A stretch of DNA of 64,000 nt from Candidatus Latescibacterota bacterium. Its GTDB lineage: Bacteria > Latescibacterota > UBA2968. The stretch is taken from positions 4,800,001 to 4,864,000 of the forward strand of contig OZ220741.1 in NCBI GenBank assembly GCA_965116885.1. Direction: 5' to 3'. A program made the translations under genes and the position numbers. The notes under the pieces were generated by a model. The model was not told the DNA's origin, did not search any database, and was given only the letters and a program-made list of their open reading frames with translations. Position 1 is the stretch's first letter. Each line of letters starts with the position of its first letter. Shown here in pieces: positions 10,472-19,168 of this stretch.

Positions 10472-10540
10472 ACGTATTCCTCCTTTTAACATGTTTCCTG
10501 CGTCCAGTATATTGACGACTCATATCATATTGCCTCCTTT
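10464..10540 (-). promoter_or_regulatory. Leader with SD, Met-Ile-stop minigene (10520-10528) and overlapping 19-codon uORF (10464-10523)
   Basis: Minus strand AAAGGAGG-CAAT-ATG ATA TGA; ATGA overlap starts MSRQYTGRRKHVKRRNTYE*, which overlaps the OMP start codon. Confidence 0.5.
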
Positions 10541-10625
10541 CCAGGGAGCACAACGGGTTATCTCTATCGAAGCGATGTACAACTTCGTAGAAGCTCAATC
10601 GTCGATATTTCCTCCTTTCTCACTA

Positions 10626-10654
10626 TTGACAAAAACAGGTGAAATTGTTAAAAT
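10626..10654 (+). promoter_or_regulatory. Sigma70-type promoter
   Basis: TTGACA-17 bp-TAAAAT with TG at the extended -10 position. Confidence 0.75.
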
Positions 10655-10660
10655 CTGTCC

Positions 10661-10752
10661 TTTTTGTCGTATAACGGGTTTCTGAATCCCTTATACGGCG
10701 ACCTGGTCGTTAGCCCGATCTCGCCAAAGTTCAGAGGCTAACGGCCTTTTTA
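10661..10752 (+). ncRNA. Candidate about 90-nt two-hairpin small or antisense RNA
   Basis: Directly after the promoter; hairpin 1 at 10666-10702; hairpin 2 GGTCGTTAGCC..GGCTAACGGCC (10705-10746) with CGCCAAA apical loop followed by TTTTT. Confidence 0.6.
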
Positions 10753-10791
10753 ATTTGACCAAACAGAAAATTCGAATGTTCCAACCCTTGC

Positions 10792-11562
10792 TCAAACTCC
10801 TAACTTCTTGATAAACGCCAAATTCTTCGCGTGATCGGCATTTGGATCATCGCCCGAAGGCGTCTCCAGAACGATGTACCCATCGTACCCGATCTCGCGC
10901 ATCGCCGCATCCACCGAATCAAAATCCACGCGCCCGTCCCCCAACGCCTGTCGGTCTGTATCCTTCGCGTGAATCATCCCGACACCCTCACTTCCCAGCT
11001 TCAAAATTTCCTCAGCCGGATCCTGTCCGCGCGTCATCGTATTGCCCGTATCGTGATAGACCTTCACTGCAGGAGACCCCACGCGGTCCAAAATCATCAC
11101 CAGTTGATCTGCGCTAAACGTCGTCTCCAGATCCAAAATCACGCCGTGTTCTTCCGCAACCTCACCCAGTGCTTTGAACCCATCCACCAGTTGATCCCAC
11201 GTCGAATCTGGCCACGCATCCATATCTCTCGGAAACATCGGCACCAGAATATGCCGCGTATCAACCGCCGCACACGACCCAATTACATGCGTTAAAATCT
11301 CGACACCCTCGGCGCACTTTTCCGCTTCTGGCAATGCGGGATGAAATTGTGAAAACACCCCCGGCGACAGTGAAGAAATCTCAACACCCGCCGCATCTGC
11401 CAATCCCTTCAGTTTCTCTGCCCCGCCATCCTCCCACAAAATATTCTCTCCATAGTCTCGCCCAACACAAAACTCCACCCCATCAAACCCAATATCCTTC
11501 GCCACTGAAAATACCGCTTCCAGCGGTGCTTTTAACATAGTATCTCGAATACCGTATTTCAC
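10792..11562 (-). CDS. Sugar phosphate isomerase/epimerase (xylose isomerase-like TIM barrel)
   Basis: GTG start after AAAGGAG; GFDGVE, LDLET, DTGN, IHAKD, GYDGYIVLE motifs. Confidence 0.88.
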   Translation of the reverse strand: MKYGIRDTMLKAPLEAVFSVAKDIGFDGVEFCVGRDYGENILWEDGGAEKLKGLADAAGVEISSLSPGVFSQFHPALPEAEKCAEGVEILTHVIGSCAAVDTRHILVPMFPRDMDAWPDSTWDQLVDGFKALGEVAEEHGVILDLETTFSADQLVMILDRVGSPAVKVYHDTGNTMTRGQDPAEEILKLGSEGVGMIHAKDTDRQALGDGRVDFDSVDAAMREIGYDGYIVLETPSGDDPNADHAKNLAFIKKLGV

Positions 11563-11596
11563 AATAGATCTCCTTTGAATAACCCTTGAAACGCTG

Positions 11597-12712
11597 TCAA
11601 CAGAAGATTTCGTCTCCAATATCTAATTGCGGCAACACCGCACCCAACACCTTCGCAAAGGCTTGCCGCTCGGCGGATGGCCCCACGGTCACGCGAATGC
11701 AGCGGTCGAGCGGAGCCACGCCCGGCATCCGCACGAAGACCCCGTGCTGCAAAAGCATCTGCATCAGCCGCCGCGCTCGCGCGCCACTACCCACGTCGAG
11801 GGCCACAAAATTAGTCCCCGAAGACACCGTTTGCAACCCCAATTCCGCCGCCAGCACCGCGTATTCCCGTCGGCCTTCCTCTACTTGCCGCACCACCGAG
11901 CGCACGAACGCATCGTCGCCCAGCGAAGCAAGTGCCCCGGCCTGGGCGATGCGATTGACGCCAAAGTGATTGCGCACCTTGTCGAGCGCGACCACCACAT
12001 CGCGGTGTGCCAGCGCGTAGCCGACCCGGGCCCCAGCCATGCCGTGCGCCTTGGAAAACGTCCGCAACCGCACCACCTGTGCCCGTTCCACTTCCAGCGG
12101 CAACAGGGCATCCTCCGGCGCGAAGTCGATATACGCCTCGTCGAGCAGCAACACACAATCCGGCGGCAACCCCGCGATAAAATCCCGCAACTCGTCGGCT
12201 CGCTGATAGGTGCCCATGGGGTTGTCGGGATTGGCCACGTAGATCAGCCTGGGGCGCACTTGCCGCGCCTTGTCCAACAGGGCAGGCAAGTCCTCCCGAT
12301 CCGCGCGATAGGGCACCTTGTGCAACACCGCCCCGTGCCCCTCAACGTGGTAGTTAAACGTGGGATAGGCCCCCAGCGACGTCACCACTGCGTCGCCCGG
12401 CTCGGCAAAAAGGCGCACCAAAAGCCCCAACAGTTCGTCAATCCCCGCACCCAGGACGACCTCTTCCCGCGCCACCCCGTGCCGCACCGCCAACGCCGAG
12501 CGCAGCTCGTATCCCTCTGGATCGTTGTACCAATGCACTTGCTCCACCGCCTCTACCATGGCCTGCCGCGCCCGCGGCGAGATACCAAAATTGCTCTCGT
12601 TAGCCCCAACTCGCAGGACGAGCGGCTGCCCTTGCTCCCGCTCCAATGCCTCGGGAGGCACAAAAGGAACGGTCGCTGGCAGGGCGCAGACGATGTGCGT
12701 AAACGGCAACAC
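11597..12712 (-). CDS. PLP-dependent class I/II aminotransferase, histidinol-phosphate aminotransferase-like
   Basis: ANES, ANPDNPMG, DEAYIDF, RTFSKAHGMAGARVGY, IRVTVG. Confidence 0.88.
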   Translation of the reverse strand: MLPFTHIVCALPATVPFVPPEALEREQGQPLVLRVGANESNFGISPRARQAMVEAVEQVHWYNDPEGYELRSALAVRHGVAREEVVLGAGIDELLGLLVRLFAEPGDAVVTSLGAYPTFNYHVEGHGAVLHKVPYRADREDLPALLDKARQVRPRLIYVANPDNPMGTYQRADELRDFIAGLPPDCVLLLDEAYIDFAPEDALLPLEVERAQVVRLRTFSKAHGMAGARVGYALAHRDVVVALDKVRNHFGVNRIAQAGALASLGDDAFVRSVVRQVEEGRREYAVLAAELGLQTVSSGTNFVALDVGSGARARRLMQMLLQHGVFVRMPGVAPLDRCIRVTVGPSAERQAFAKVLGAVLPQLDIGDEIFC

Positions 12713-12715
12713 GGG

Positions 12716-13534
12716 TTAAGACCACACGTAGATTTCGTCGTCTTCTTCGGCATAGCCAATGAAGACGGCGAGCACCACCCGCGGATCGTCCCCCTGCACC
12801 GCAGGGACCTCGTGGATGCAGCGCGTATTGAAGAAATACAAATCGCCCGGCTCGAGCGCGACCTCGCAGTGCGCCACGCCATGCGCGGCCGCATATTCGT
12901 GAAAACGGCCCTCGGCGATATACGGCTGTATCTCCTCGGTCCACAGACAGCGATGCAACACAGCCTGCACCCCAGGCCCTGCGGAATCCGCGTTCTGCAC
13001 GCACAGCACACCGGCAAATTGGTGGGTAAAGCGCGCCACCTCGTAGTTGAACCGCTTTTCGCGCAGAACGACGTGGTCGATGTGCGGACTATAGGCGTGG
13101 GTCTCGTAGTGGATGCGAAAGATGGCCGGGCCGTACAAGCGCCCGTCGCGCTCGCGCGCCGTCTTAATCTCCTTATTGGAAGCCAACGCCCGCAAGTGCC
13201 GATAGAGCAGTTGCACCGGGTCGAGCAAACCCGCAAAAAGGGTAGCAAAAAGCGCGTGCGTCTCCTCCGCATCTGCCAGGAACGCCTCTTGGTCGCCGCC
13301 CAGGTTGCCGAGGCTGGTGCCAATGTCGATGCGCGTGCGCTCGTCGCCCGCAGCGCGCAGCAACCCGCGCTCGGCAAAGCGTTCCATCAGCCGCTGGCAA
13401 TCGGCTGGCGTACAGACCTGGGGCAACAGAATCGCCGGTATCTCCGCCCGAGCCAGGGCGCCGAGCGGATCGGCGCACTCGTCCGGCCCCACGGGCCGCC
13501 AAGCGGCTCTTGTGTGACCCTGTGGATACTTCAA
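12716..13534 (-). CDS. Fe(II)/2-oxoglutarate oxygenase family protein
   Basis: PHID (HxD), then PGDLYFFN..IHEV..R jelly-roll motif; TTG start. Confidence 0.7.
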   Translation of the reverse strand: MKYPQGHTRAAWRPVGPDECADPLGALARAEIPAILLPQVCTPADCQRLMERFAERGLLRAAGDERTRIDIGTSLGNLGGDQEAFLADAEETHALFATLFAGLLDPVQLLYRHLRALASNKEIKTARERDGRLYGPAIFRIHYETHAYSPHIDHVVLREKRFNYEVARFTHQFAGVLCVQNADSAGPGVQAVLHRCLWTEEIQPYIAEGRFHEYAAAHGVAHCEVALEPGDLYFFNTRCIHEVPAVQGDDPRVVLAVFIGYAEEDDEIYVWS

Positions 13535-13567
13535 TGCGGATCCTTCCTTTTAGCCTTTGCAGATGCC

Positions 13568-14941
13568 CTACGCCCAATTCTTCGGCCAGTCAAAATGCGC
13601 GTTGATATCTTCCACGTATTTCATCGGCTCATTGGGTTCGATATTAAACAGTGCATCCAGCACCTCCACCCCGTGCTCATAAGACCTTGTCTCCTTACTT
13701 TCGAGCACGCCAAATAGCATCATCGACTTATCGCCCGACAAAACCGCCTCGAGCGTACGCTCCATATTGAGCCAATCGGGATAAATGCACTCCAGCATAA
13801 TCTTCTTAGGCAATGGCGGCACGCGCAAAGGCTGAATACCCTTCTTATTCACAATCGCGGGCACTTCCACCGCCACATCGTCGGGAATACCCGGCAACAC
13901 GCCGTGATTGGGGACATTCACCTGAAACTGCCCTTCCACATTGTTCACCAGCCCATTCATAATCGGAATATGCTGCTCGTGCGTCATCTGATCGCCAAAA
14001 AGATCAACCGGCCGAATTTTCTCATCATAAGCCGCCGCCTTCATCTGCTCGTATTTTTTTGCCTTGCCTGCCAGCACCGCATCGCGGCCAGCCGGCGTGT
14101 CTTTACCGCCATTGGGATCATACCAGTATTTCCGCGCCTCCAAATCCGTATGATACCACCAGCCGCCCCGCCGGGGCGTATCGCCAATGGGCATCAAACC
14201 ATACATCCTGTATTGATGAATCGACGCACGCGACATCTGCGTGGGAATCGCCTTGCCCTCTCGGGCCAACCGCTCCCAATACGCCTCGCTCTCCTCGGCA
14301 ATCCATCGATCCAACTTCGGATACATATCCTCATTTTCATAGATAAAATCCGTCATCCAAATATTGTGATTCAACCCCGGTGCCTGCCACGTCACCTCAT
14401 CCGGGTCCAATCCCAATGTGCGCGCCACCCCCGCGTAGCCATAATGCCCGTGGCACAACCCGCATACCTTAATCCCCGTCTCCCGCGTCATCAATGTAGT
14501 TCCGGCAAAAACTGGATTACCCGCCAGCAAAATCCACGCATCGGGACACAGCTTCTCCATATCCTGCGCCACATCCAGCATCAGTTGCAAATTGTGATAC
14601 TCGGGCATCCCGGTCTTATCGTAAAAATAACCGAGCTTCGCCGTCATCTTGCGCCGCCGCTGCATAAAATACTCATTGTGCGTCACCGTTGCCGTATTGA
14701 TAACAAAATCGGCATCCTTTAATGCAGCCTCCCGGCTCGTCGTTTTCTCAAACGTCATATCCGCGCTCAAATCCTCAGCATACCGCCGCCCGAGTTCGTA
14801 AATCACATCGAGCACTTCCTCATTGATATCCATAAAACAAACATGGCTACCATTCAACTCCTTTGTCAGACACAAATCCTTCACCAACCCGAGCGAAAAC
14901 ACCACGCTACCCGCACCAAAAATCGTCACCTTATTTGCCAT
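13568..14941 (-). CDS. Glycoside hydrolase family 4 (NAD+/Mn2+-dependent alpha-glycosidase)
   Basis: Start MANKVTIFGAGSVVFS; DADFVIN, AGNP, GLCHG, GLNHNIW, VNVPNHG..AVEVP. Confidence 0.9.
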   Translation of the reverse strand: MANKVTIFGAGSVVFSLGLVKDLCLTKELNGSHVCFMDINEEVLDVIYELGRRYAEDLSADMTFEKTTSREAALKDADFVINTATVTHNEYFMQRRRKMTAKLGYFYDKTGMPEYHNLQLMLDVAQDMEKLCPDAWILLAGNPVFAGTTLMTRETGIKVCGLCHGHYGYAGVARTLGLDPDEVTWQAPGLNHNIWMTDFIYENEDMYPKLDRWIAEESEAYWERLAREGKAIPTQMSRASIHQYRMYGLMPIGDTPRRGGWWYHTDLEARKYWYDPNGGKDTPAGRDAVLAGKAKKYEQMKAAAYDEKIRPVDLFGDQMTHEQHIPIMNGLVNNVEGQFQVNVPNHGVLPGIPDDVAVEVPAIVNKKGIQPLRVPPLPKKIMLECIYPDWLNMERTLEAVLSGDKSMMLFGVLESKETRSYEHGVEVLDALFNIEPNEPMKYVEDINAHFDWPKNWA

Positions 14942-14959
14942 TGCACACTCCCTAATGTC

Positions 14960-14994
14960 AATTGAGAATTGAGAATTAAAAATTAAAAATTGGC
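14960..14994. repeat. AATTnnn heptamer tandem repeat
   Basis: AATTGAG AATTGAG AATTAAA AATTAAA AATTGGC; a related array lies at 16826-16853. Confidence 0.6.
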
Positions 14995-15011
14995 CCAACT
15001 TCCCGCCCCCA

Positions 15012-15041
15012 ATGAACTGCTACGGTTCATCAGCAGTTCAT
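15012..15041. repeat. REP-like palindromic element ATGAACTGC..GCAGTT, copy 1
   Basis: ATGAACTGCT..AGCAGTTCAT; related copies at 16794-16814 and 26920-26940. Confidence 0.55.
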
Positions 15042-15157
15042 CATTCACATTCCTTAAAACGTGTAGAGACCAGACGCCTCAAACAATTTACGACATAGCA
15101 TCTAAAACCGCCAGTCATTCAGAAATAGGTCTTATGATAAAAAACAGCGCAAAGACC

Positions 15158-15195
15158 TTGACTTGACGTGTAATATATGTATAATTATATGTATC
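15158..15195 (+). promoter_or_regulatory. Promoter and probable operator of the TA operon
   Basis: TTGACT-16-TATAAT overlapped by two copies of TATATGTAT. Confidence 0.5.
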
Positions 15196-15244
15196 AAAAT
15201 ATGTCAATCAATATGAAATTGTGTAAAGTAAGGAAAGTAGTGTT

Positions 15245-15679
15245 GTGAATATAGATTACGTAAATACCCCTTCTGATATTGCAGAAGCAATTGAACAGGC
15301 AGAAATCATTGAGGACTTTCTGCCATCACTCTATCAACTTGATCTGAAGGAAGCGACGGGGAACAGGTTTGATTCTTTCATGGTCAGAGAAAAAAGCCCT
15401 ATAACAAACTTTGAATGGGATAAAAACAAAAATCATATCAACCAATCTAAACACCAGGTCTCATTTTCCGAAGCCCGGCTTGCGTTTGAGGATTCTCATC
15501 GCATCATTGCCATTGACCATAAACACAGCACACCTGAAGAAACGCGATATTTTTGTTTTGGAAAGGTTGGAGATCGCGTCTTAACAGTCCGATTTACCTA
15601 TCGGACAGACAACATTCGCATATTCGGTGCCGGTTATTGGCGCGAAGGAAGGAAGCGTTATGAACAACAAAAAATATGA
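15245..15679 (+). CDS. brnT: BrnT-family ribonuclease toxin with antitoxin-derived N-terminal extension (alternative start ATG 15380)
   Basis: FEWDKNKNHINQSKHQVSFSEA..HS..EETRYFCFG..LTVRFTYR..IRIFGA. Confidence 0.85.
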   Translation: MNIDYVNTPSDIAEAIEQAEIIEDFLPSLYQLDLKEATGNRFDSFMVREKSPITNFEWDKNKNHINQSKHQVSFSEARLAFEDSHRIIAIDHKHSTPEETRYFCFGKVGDRVLTVRFTYRTDNIRIFGAGYWREGRKRYEQQKI

Positions 15680-15905
15680 GCAAGCACCTTCTGATATTGC
15701 AGAAGCAATTGAACAGGCAGAAATCATTGAGGATTTTCTACCGCCACCTGATCAACTCGTCCTCAAAGAAGAGACCGTAAGGATCACACTGAACCTCAAC
15801 AAAAAGAGTGTCGATTTCTTCAAGCTAAGAGCAAAAGAAAACGGCATTCCCTATCAGCGTATGATCCGCAAAGTGCTCGATATTTACGCCGAGCGATTTG
15901 TATAA
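15660..15905 (+). CDS. BrnA/CopG-like ribbon-helix-helix antitoxin
   Basis: Start MNNKKYE overlapping the toxin end; ITLNL..SVDFFK..GIPYQRMIRKVLD. Confidence 0.85.
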   Translation: MNNKKYEQAPSDIAEAIEQAEIIEDFLPPPDQLVLKEETVRITLNLNKKSVDFFKLRAKENGIPYQRMIRKVLDIYAERFV

Positions 15906-15946
15906 ACCGCTCCGAATTGTGATCTCTCCTGACCAATCGTATAGAC

Positions 15947-16735
15947 TCAACGATTCAGACGCCTTTTCCATTCATCGCCATCAAATTGCGGGTGATACAC
16001 CTCGCTGAAAAACCGACGGTGCTCTGGCGAAAGCGAATTGATCATCTCGTCCGTAAACCCGGGTTTGTGATGGCGCACATTGATGTGATTATAAGCGTAA
16101 AACAGAGCCATCCGCGGCACATCCTGTGTCCAAACACAAGACGTATGACGCACAGCCTCGGAAAAAACCAGCAGAGAACCCGGCGGACAGCCATACGTAT
16201 CCCATACCCCCGAATCGGGATCGTCGAACAAAGGCAGCTTTTTCCGGTAATTGGACTTGTGGCTCCCCGGAATAAACGCCGTCCCTCCTTTGCCCTTCTC
16301 CACGCCATTTAATTCCCAAACCACCCTCGTCATCCCGGAGTAAATCCGCCCATCGTGGTATTGATAGCTATAATTGGGATTCACGGACTTACCCCCGGCA
16401 TGCGGCGTCCATCCCCTGTGATTATCACCCTTAAAGCGATAAGACAAAAACGCGCCTTCCAGGCGAATCTTCTCGGTCTCATCGTCGATAACCGTATGTA
16501 ACACCCGCATAATCGCCGGATGATCGATCAATTTCGACGCTGGACCACCCGGCAAACAACGCGCCTCGGGTGGTAGAGAATCTCTATCAGTACGCAATTT
16601 CTCACACTGTTCCACAATCGGCGCCATCTCATCCTCGCTCAAAACAGCCGGAAAGAGAATATATCCTCTCAGGTCAAACATCACGGTCTCTTTTTCCGTC
16701 AAAGTCGGCGTCCACTCTTTTGTCGAAATACCCAT
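15947..16735 (-). CDS. Phytanoyl-CoA dioxygenase (PhyH)-like protein, HxG variant
   Basis: FDLRGYILFPAVL, TPHAG, GGTAFIPGSHK, PPGSLLVFSEAVRH. Confidence 0.8.
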   Translation of the reverse strand: MGISTKEWTPTLTEKETVMFDLRGYILFPAVLSEDEMAPIVEQCEKLRTDRDSLPPEARCLPGGPASKLIDHPAIMRVLHTVIDDETEKIRLEGAFLSYRFKGDNHRGWTPHAGGKSVNPNYSYQYHDGRIYSGMTRVVWELNGVEKGKGGTAFIPGSHKSNYRKKLPLFDDPDSGVWDTYGCPPGSLLVFSEAVRHTSCVWTQDVPRMALFYAYNHINVRHHKPGFTDEMINSLSPEHRRFFSEVYHPQFDGDEWKRRLNR

Positions 16736-16793
16736 CGCAAAATCTCCTGTTCTGCGGTCAACGGTCAGTAGCCAGCCCTGCTCCCACCTTTTA

Positions 16794-16853
16794 ATGAACT
16801 GCTACGCAGTTGCACACTGTTCCCCAATTCCTAATTTTTAATTTTTAATTCCT
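16794..16853. repeat. REP-like element copy 2 plus heptamer array
   Basis: ATGAACTGCTACGCAGTTGCA, then AATTCCT AATTTTT AATTTTT AATTCCT. Confidence 0.5.
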
Positions 16854-18152
16854 TTCTACCCACCATTTGTCCCGATGCTTTTCTGCCAACACCTTGAGTT
16901 CTTGCGCCACCTCGGGATACTCATCAATCACATTCGTCGTCTCGTAGGGATCGTTTTCCATATCAAAAAGCGACAACTCGATATGCGCGGTCTTGTATTC
17001 CCCTGGCTCTCCGTCATTGCCCGCTTCCACAAGCGTGCGATAATCGTGTGGCAAATGCAACTTCCACTTGCCATCGCCACTGACCACCCCATCGAAAGTT
17101 CGCCCGGTTGACACCGGATAATACACATGCGAATTCGTCGCATCCGGCTGGCACGTCACAATATCCCAAACATCGACCCCATCAATCGTATAATCCGGTA
17201 AATCCGCCCCCGCCAACTTTGCAAACGTCGGCAAAAAATCCACCGAACAAAATGCCTGATGCGATACTTCACCCGCGGGAATGCCATTGGGATAGTGCAT
17301 CACACACGCCGAACGCGTACCCCCGTCAAAACCCGTCCCCTTCGCCTCGCGATAAGGCGTCTTCCCCGCGTGATTGCCATAAGAAATCCAGGGACCATTA
17401 TCCGACGTAAAAACCACAACCGTATCATCTGCCACGCCTGCTTTTTCAAGCGCATTCATAATCTCACCCACACACCAATCGATCTCCATCATCACATCGG
17501 CATACAAACCCTCCCCCGATTTTCCGTCAAACTTATCGCTGCAAAACAGTGGCACATGCGGCATATTGTGGGGTACATACAGGAAAAACGGCTCACCGGC
17601 ATGACGCCCGATAAAATCGACCGCATGCTCTGTGTACCACGTCGTCAGCATCTTCTGCTGCTCTGGCGACACATCGTCAATAACGATCTCGCCATCTTTC
17701 CAGAACTGCAATTCCATCGTATCAAAATGCCTGCTCTGCGGATGGTACTTCCACATATCATTGGAATACATTAAACCCGACGACTCGTCAAAACCCCGAG
17801 CGGGCGGGCGCGTATCCTCGTGATCGCCAATATGCCACTTGCCAAAAACTCCCGTTGCATATCCCGCGGGCTTGAGCACCTCGGCAATCGTGGCAAAACT
17901 CGGATCCAACCCTCGCGCCCGGGGCGGAATCGCGCCATAAACCTTATGCCTGCCCGGATAACACCCCGTCAACAATGATGCTCGCGACGCCGAACAAATT
18001 GCCTGAGGCACGTAAAACTGGTGATAACAACACCCCCCTGCCGCCAATTTTTCCACATTGGGCGTCGGATACGCCGTCTCTCCAAATGGCCGAAAATCCG
18101 CCCATCCAGAATCATCTAAAAAAATCACCACAAAATTTGGTCTTCGGTCCAA
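16845..18152 (-). CDS. Cys-type sulfatase (arylsulfatase A-like), no signal peptide
   Basis: PNFVVIFLDD, CSASRASLLTG, GKWHIG, SDNG; TTG start after AAAGGAGG. Confidence 0.92.
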   Translation of the reverse strand: MDRRPNFVVIFLDDSGWADFRPFGETAYPTPNVEKLAAGGCCYHQFYVPQAICSASRASLLTGCYPGRHKVYGAIPPRARGLDPSFATIAEVLKPAGYATGVFGKWHIGDHEDTRPPARGFDESSGLMYSNDMWKYHPQSRHFDTMELQFWKDGEIVIDDVSPEQQKMLTTWYTEHAVDFIGRHAGEPFFLYVPHNMPHVPLFCSDKFDGKSGEGLYADVMMEIDWCVGEIMNALEKAGVADDTVVVFTSDNGPWISYGNHAGKTPYREAKGTGFDGGTRSACVMHYPNGIPAGEVSHQAFCSVDFLPTFAKLAGADLPDYTIDGVDVWDIVTCQPDATNSHVYYPVSTGRTFDGVVSGDGKWKLHLPHDYRTLVEAGNDGEPGEYKTAHIELSLFDMENDPYETTNVIDEYPEVAQELKVLAEKHRDKWWVERN

Positions 18153-18260
18153 GATATAATCCTCCTTTTTACAATATGCATTGTTCTTGACGACAACGCC
18201 CTACTACCCGATTATTATAGAACGCCCCCACTTCATCAGTCACTCTCTATGGAGTTTTCA

Positions 18261-19163
18261 ATGGCAACCATCTCCAGCGAAGCCACCTCTCGCGTCACCG
18301 AAGACGACGTGGCCTTTTATCGCGAAAATGGATACCTCGTAATCCCCGATGCACTCACCCCCAAAGAAGTCGAAATTCTGCGCGCCGAAACCACTGCCCT
18401 GTGTCGCGGGGAGCGCGGCGACATAGGCAATTTACCAGCCATCTCGCCCGACGATACCGATGAGGACGTAATCAAGCGCATCCTGTGTATCCACCACGTA
18501 CACAGAAACTCGCCCATCATGTACGACGCGCTATCCCACCCCGTAATGGTCGATGGCCTCACCAGCGTCATCGGACCCAATGTCAAATGCATGCAATCCA
18601 TGCTCTTCATCAAAAGCGCGGGAAAACCCGGACAAGCATGGCATCAGGATGAAATCTACATCCCCACCCGCGATCAGTCACTCACGGGCGGCTGGTTTGC
18701 CCTGGACGATGCCACCACTGAAAACGGCTGTTTGTGGGTCATTCCCGGATCGCACAAACGCGGCATATTGTGGCCCCAACACGTACAGCACGACAAGCGC
18801 TTTGACTGCGCCCATGAAACCTTCCGATTCCCCTACACAGATGACGACGCCATCCCCGTCGAAGTCAAAACAGGCGCTCTCGTCTTCTTTCACGGCTACT
18901 TACTCCACCGCTCGTTCCCCAACCGCGCCAAATCCGGCTTTCGCCGCGTACTCGTCAATCACTACATGAGCGCGGAATCCCTCCTCCCCTGGCACAATTT
19001 GAAACCCGGCGAACGCATGGCAACCGCAGACATGCGGGAAATCATCATGGTCGCAGGTGAAGACCCCTATGCGTACAAAGGCACCAAAATAACGGGAAAA
19101 CCACATGTGCGCACGGCTGGCGATGGCGGATGCGGCGACGGCAGACAAGACGTGCGTTCCTGA
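18261..19163 (+). CDS. Phytanoyl-CoA dioxygenase (PhyH) family protein
   Basis: WHQD, DDATTENGCLWVIPGSH, LLHRS..N..RR; start MATISS after GGAG (18249 is an alternative). Confidence 0.9.
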   Translation: MATISSEATSRVTEDDVAFYRENGYLVIPDALTPKEVEILRAETTALCRGERGDIGNLPAISPDDTDEDVIKRILCIHHVHRNSPIMYDALSHPVMVDGLTSVIGPNVKCMQSMLFIKSAGKPGQAWHQDEIYIPTRDQSLTGGWFALDDATTENGCLWVIPGSHKRGILWPQHVQHDKRFDCAHETFRFPYTDDDAIPVEVKTGALVFFHGYLLHRSFPNRAKSGFRRVLVNHYMSAESLLPWHNLKPGERMATADMREIIMVAGEDPYAYKGTKITGKPHVRTAGDGGCGDGRQDVRS

Positions 19164-19168
19164 AACGC

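Noticed and set aside
10491..10685. 64-aa + strand ORF
   Set aside because: No RBS, runs across a promoter and the opposite-strand leader, and has no protein-like features
10661..10752. Riboswitch (e.g. c-di-GMP) or tRNA interpretation of the hairpins
   Set aside because: No GNRA tetraloop/receptor or cloverleaf features recognised; promoter and U-tract point to a + strand transcript
11627..13717. 696-aa + strand ORF
   Set aside because: Antisense shadow of two well-supported GC-rich minus-strand genes; no recognisable motifs
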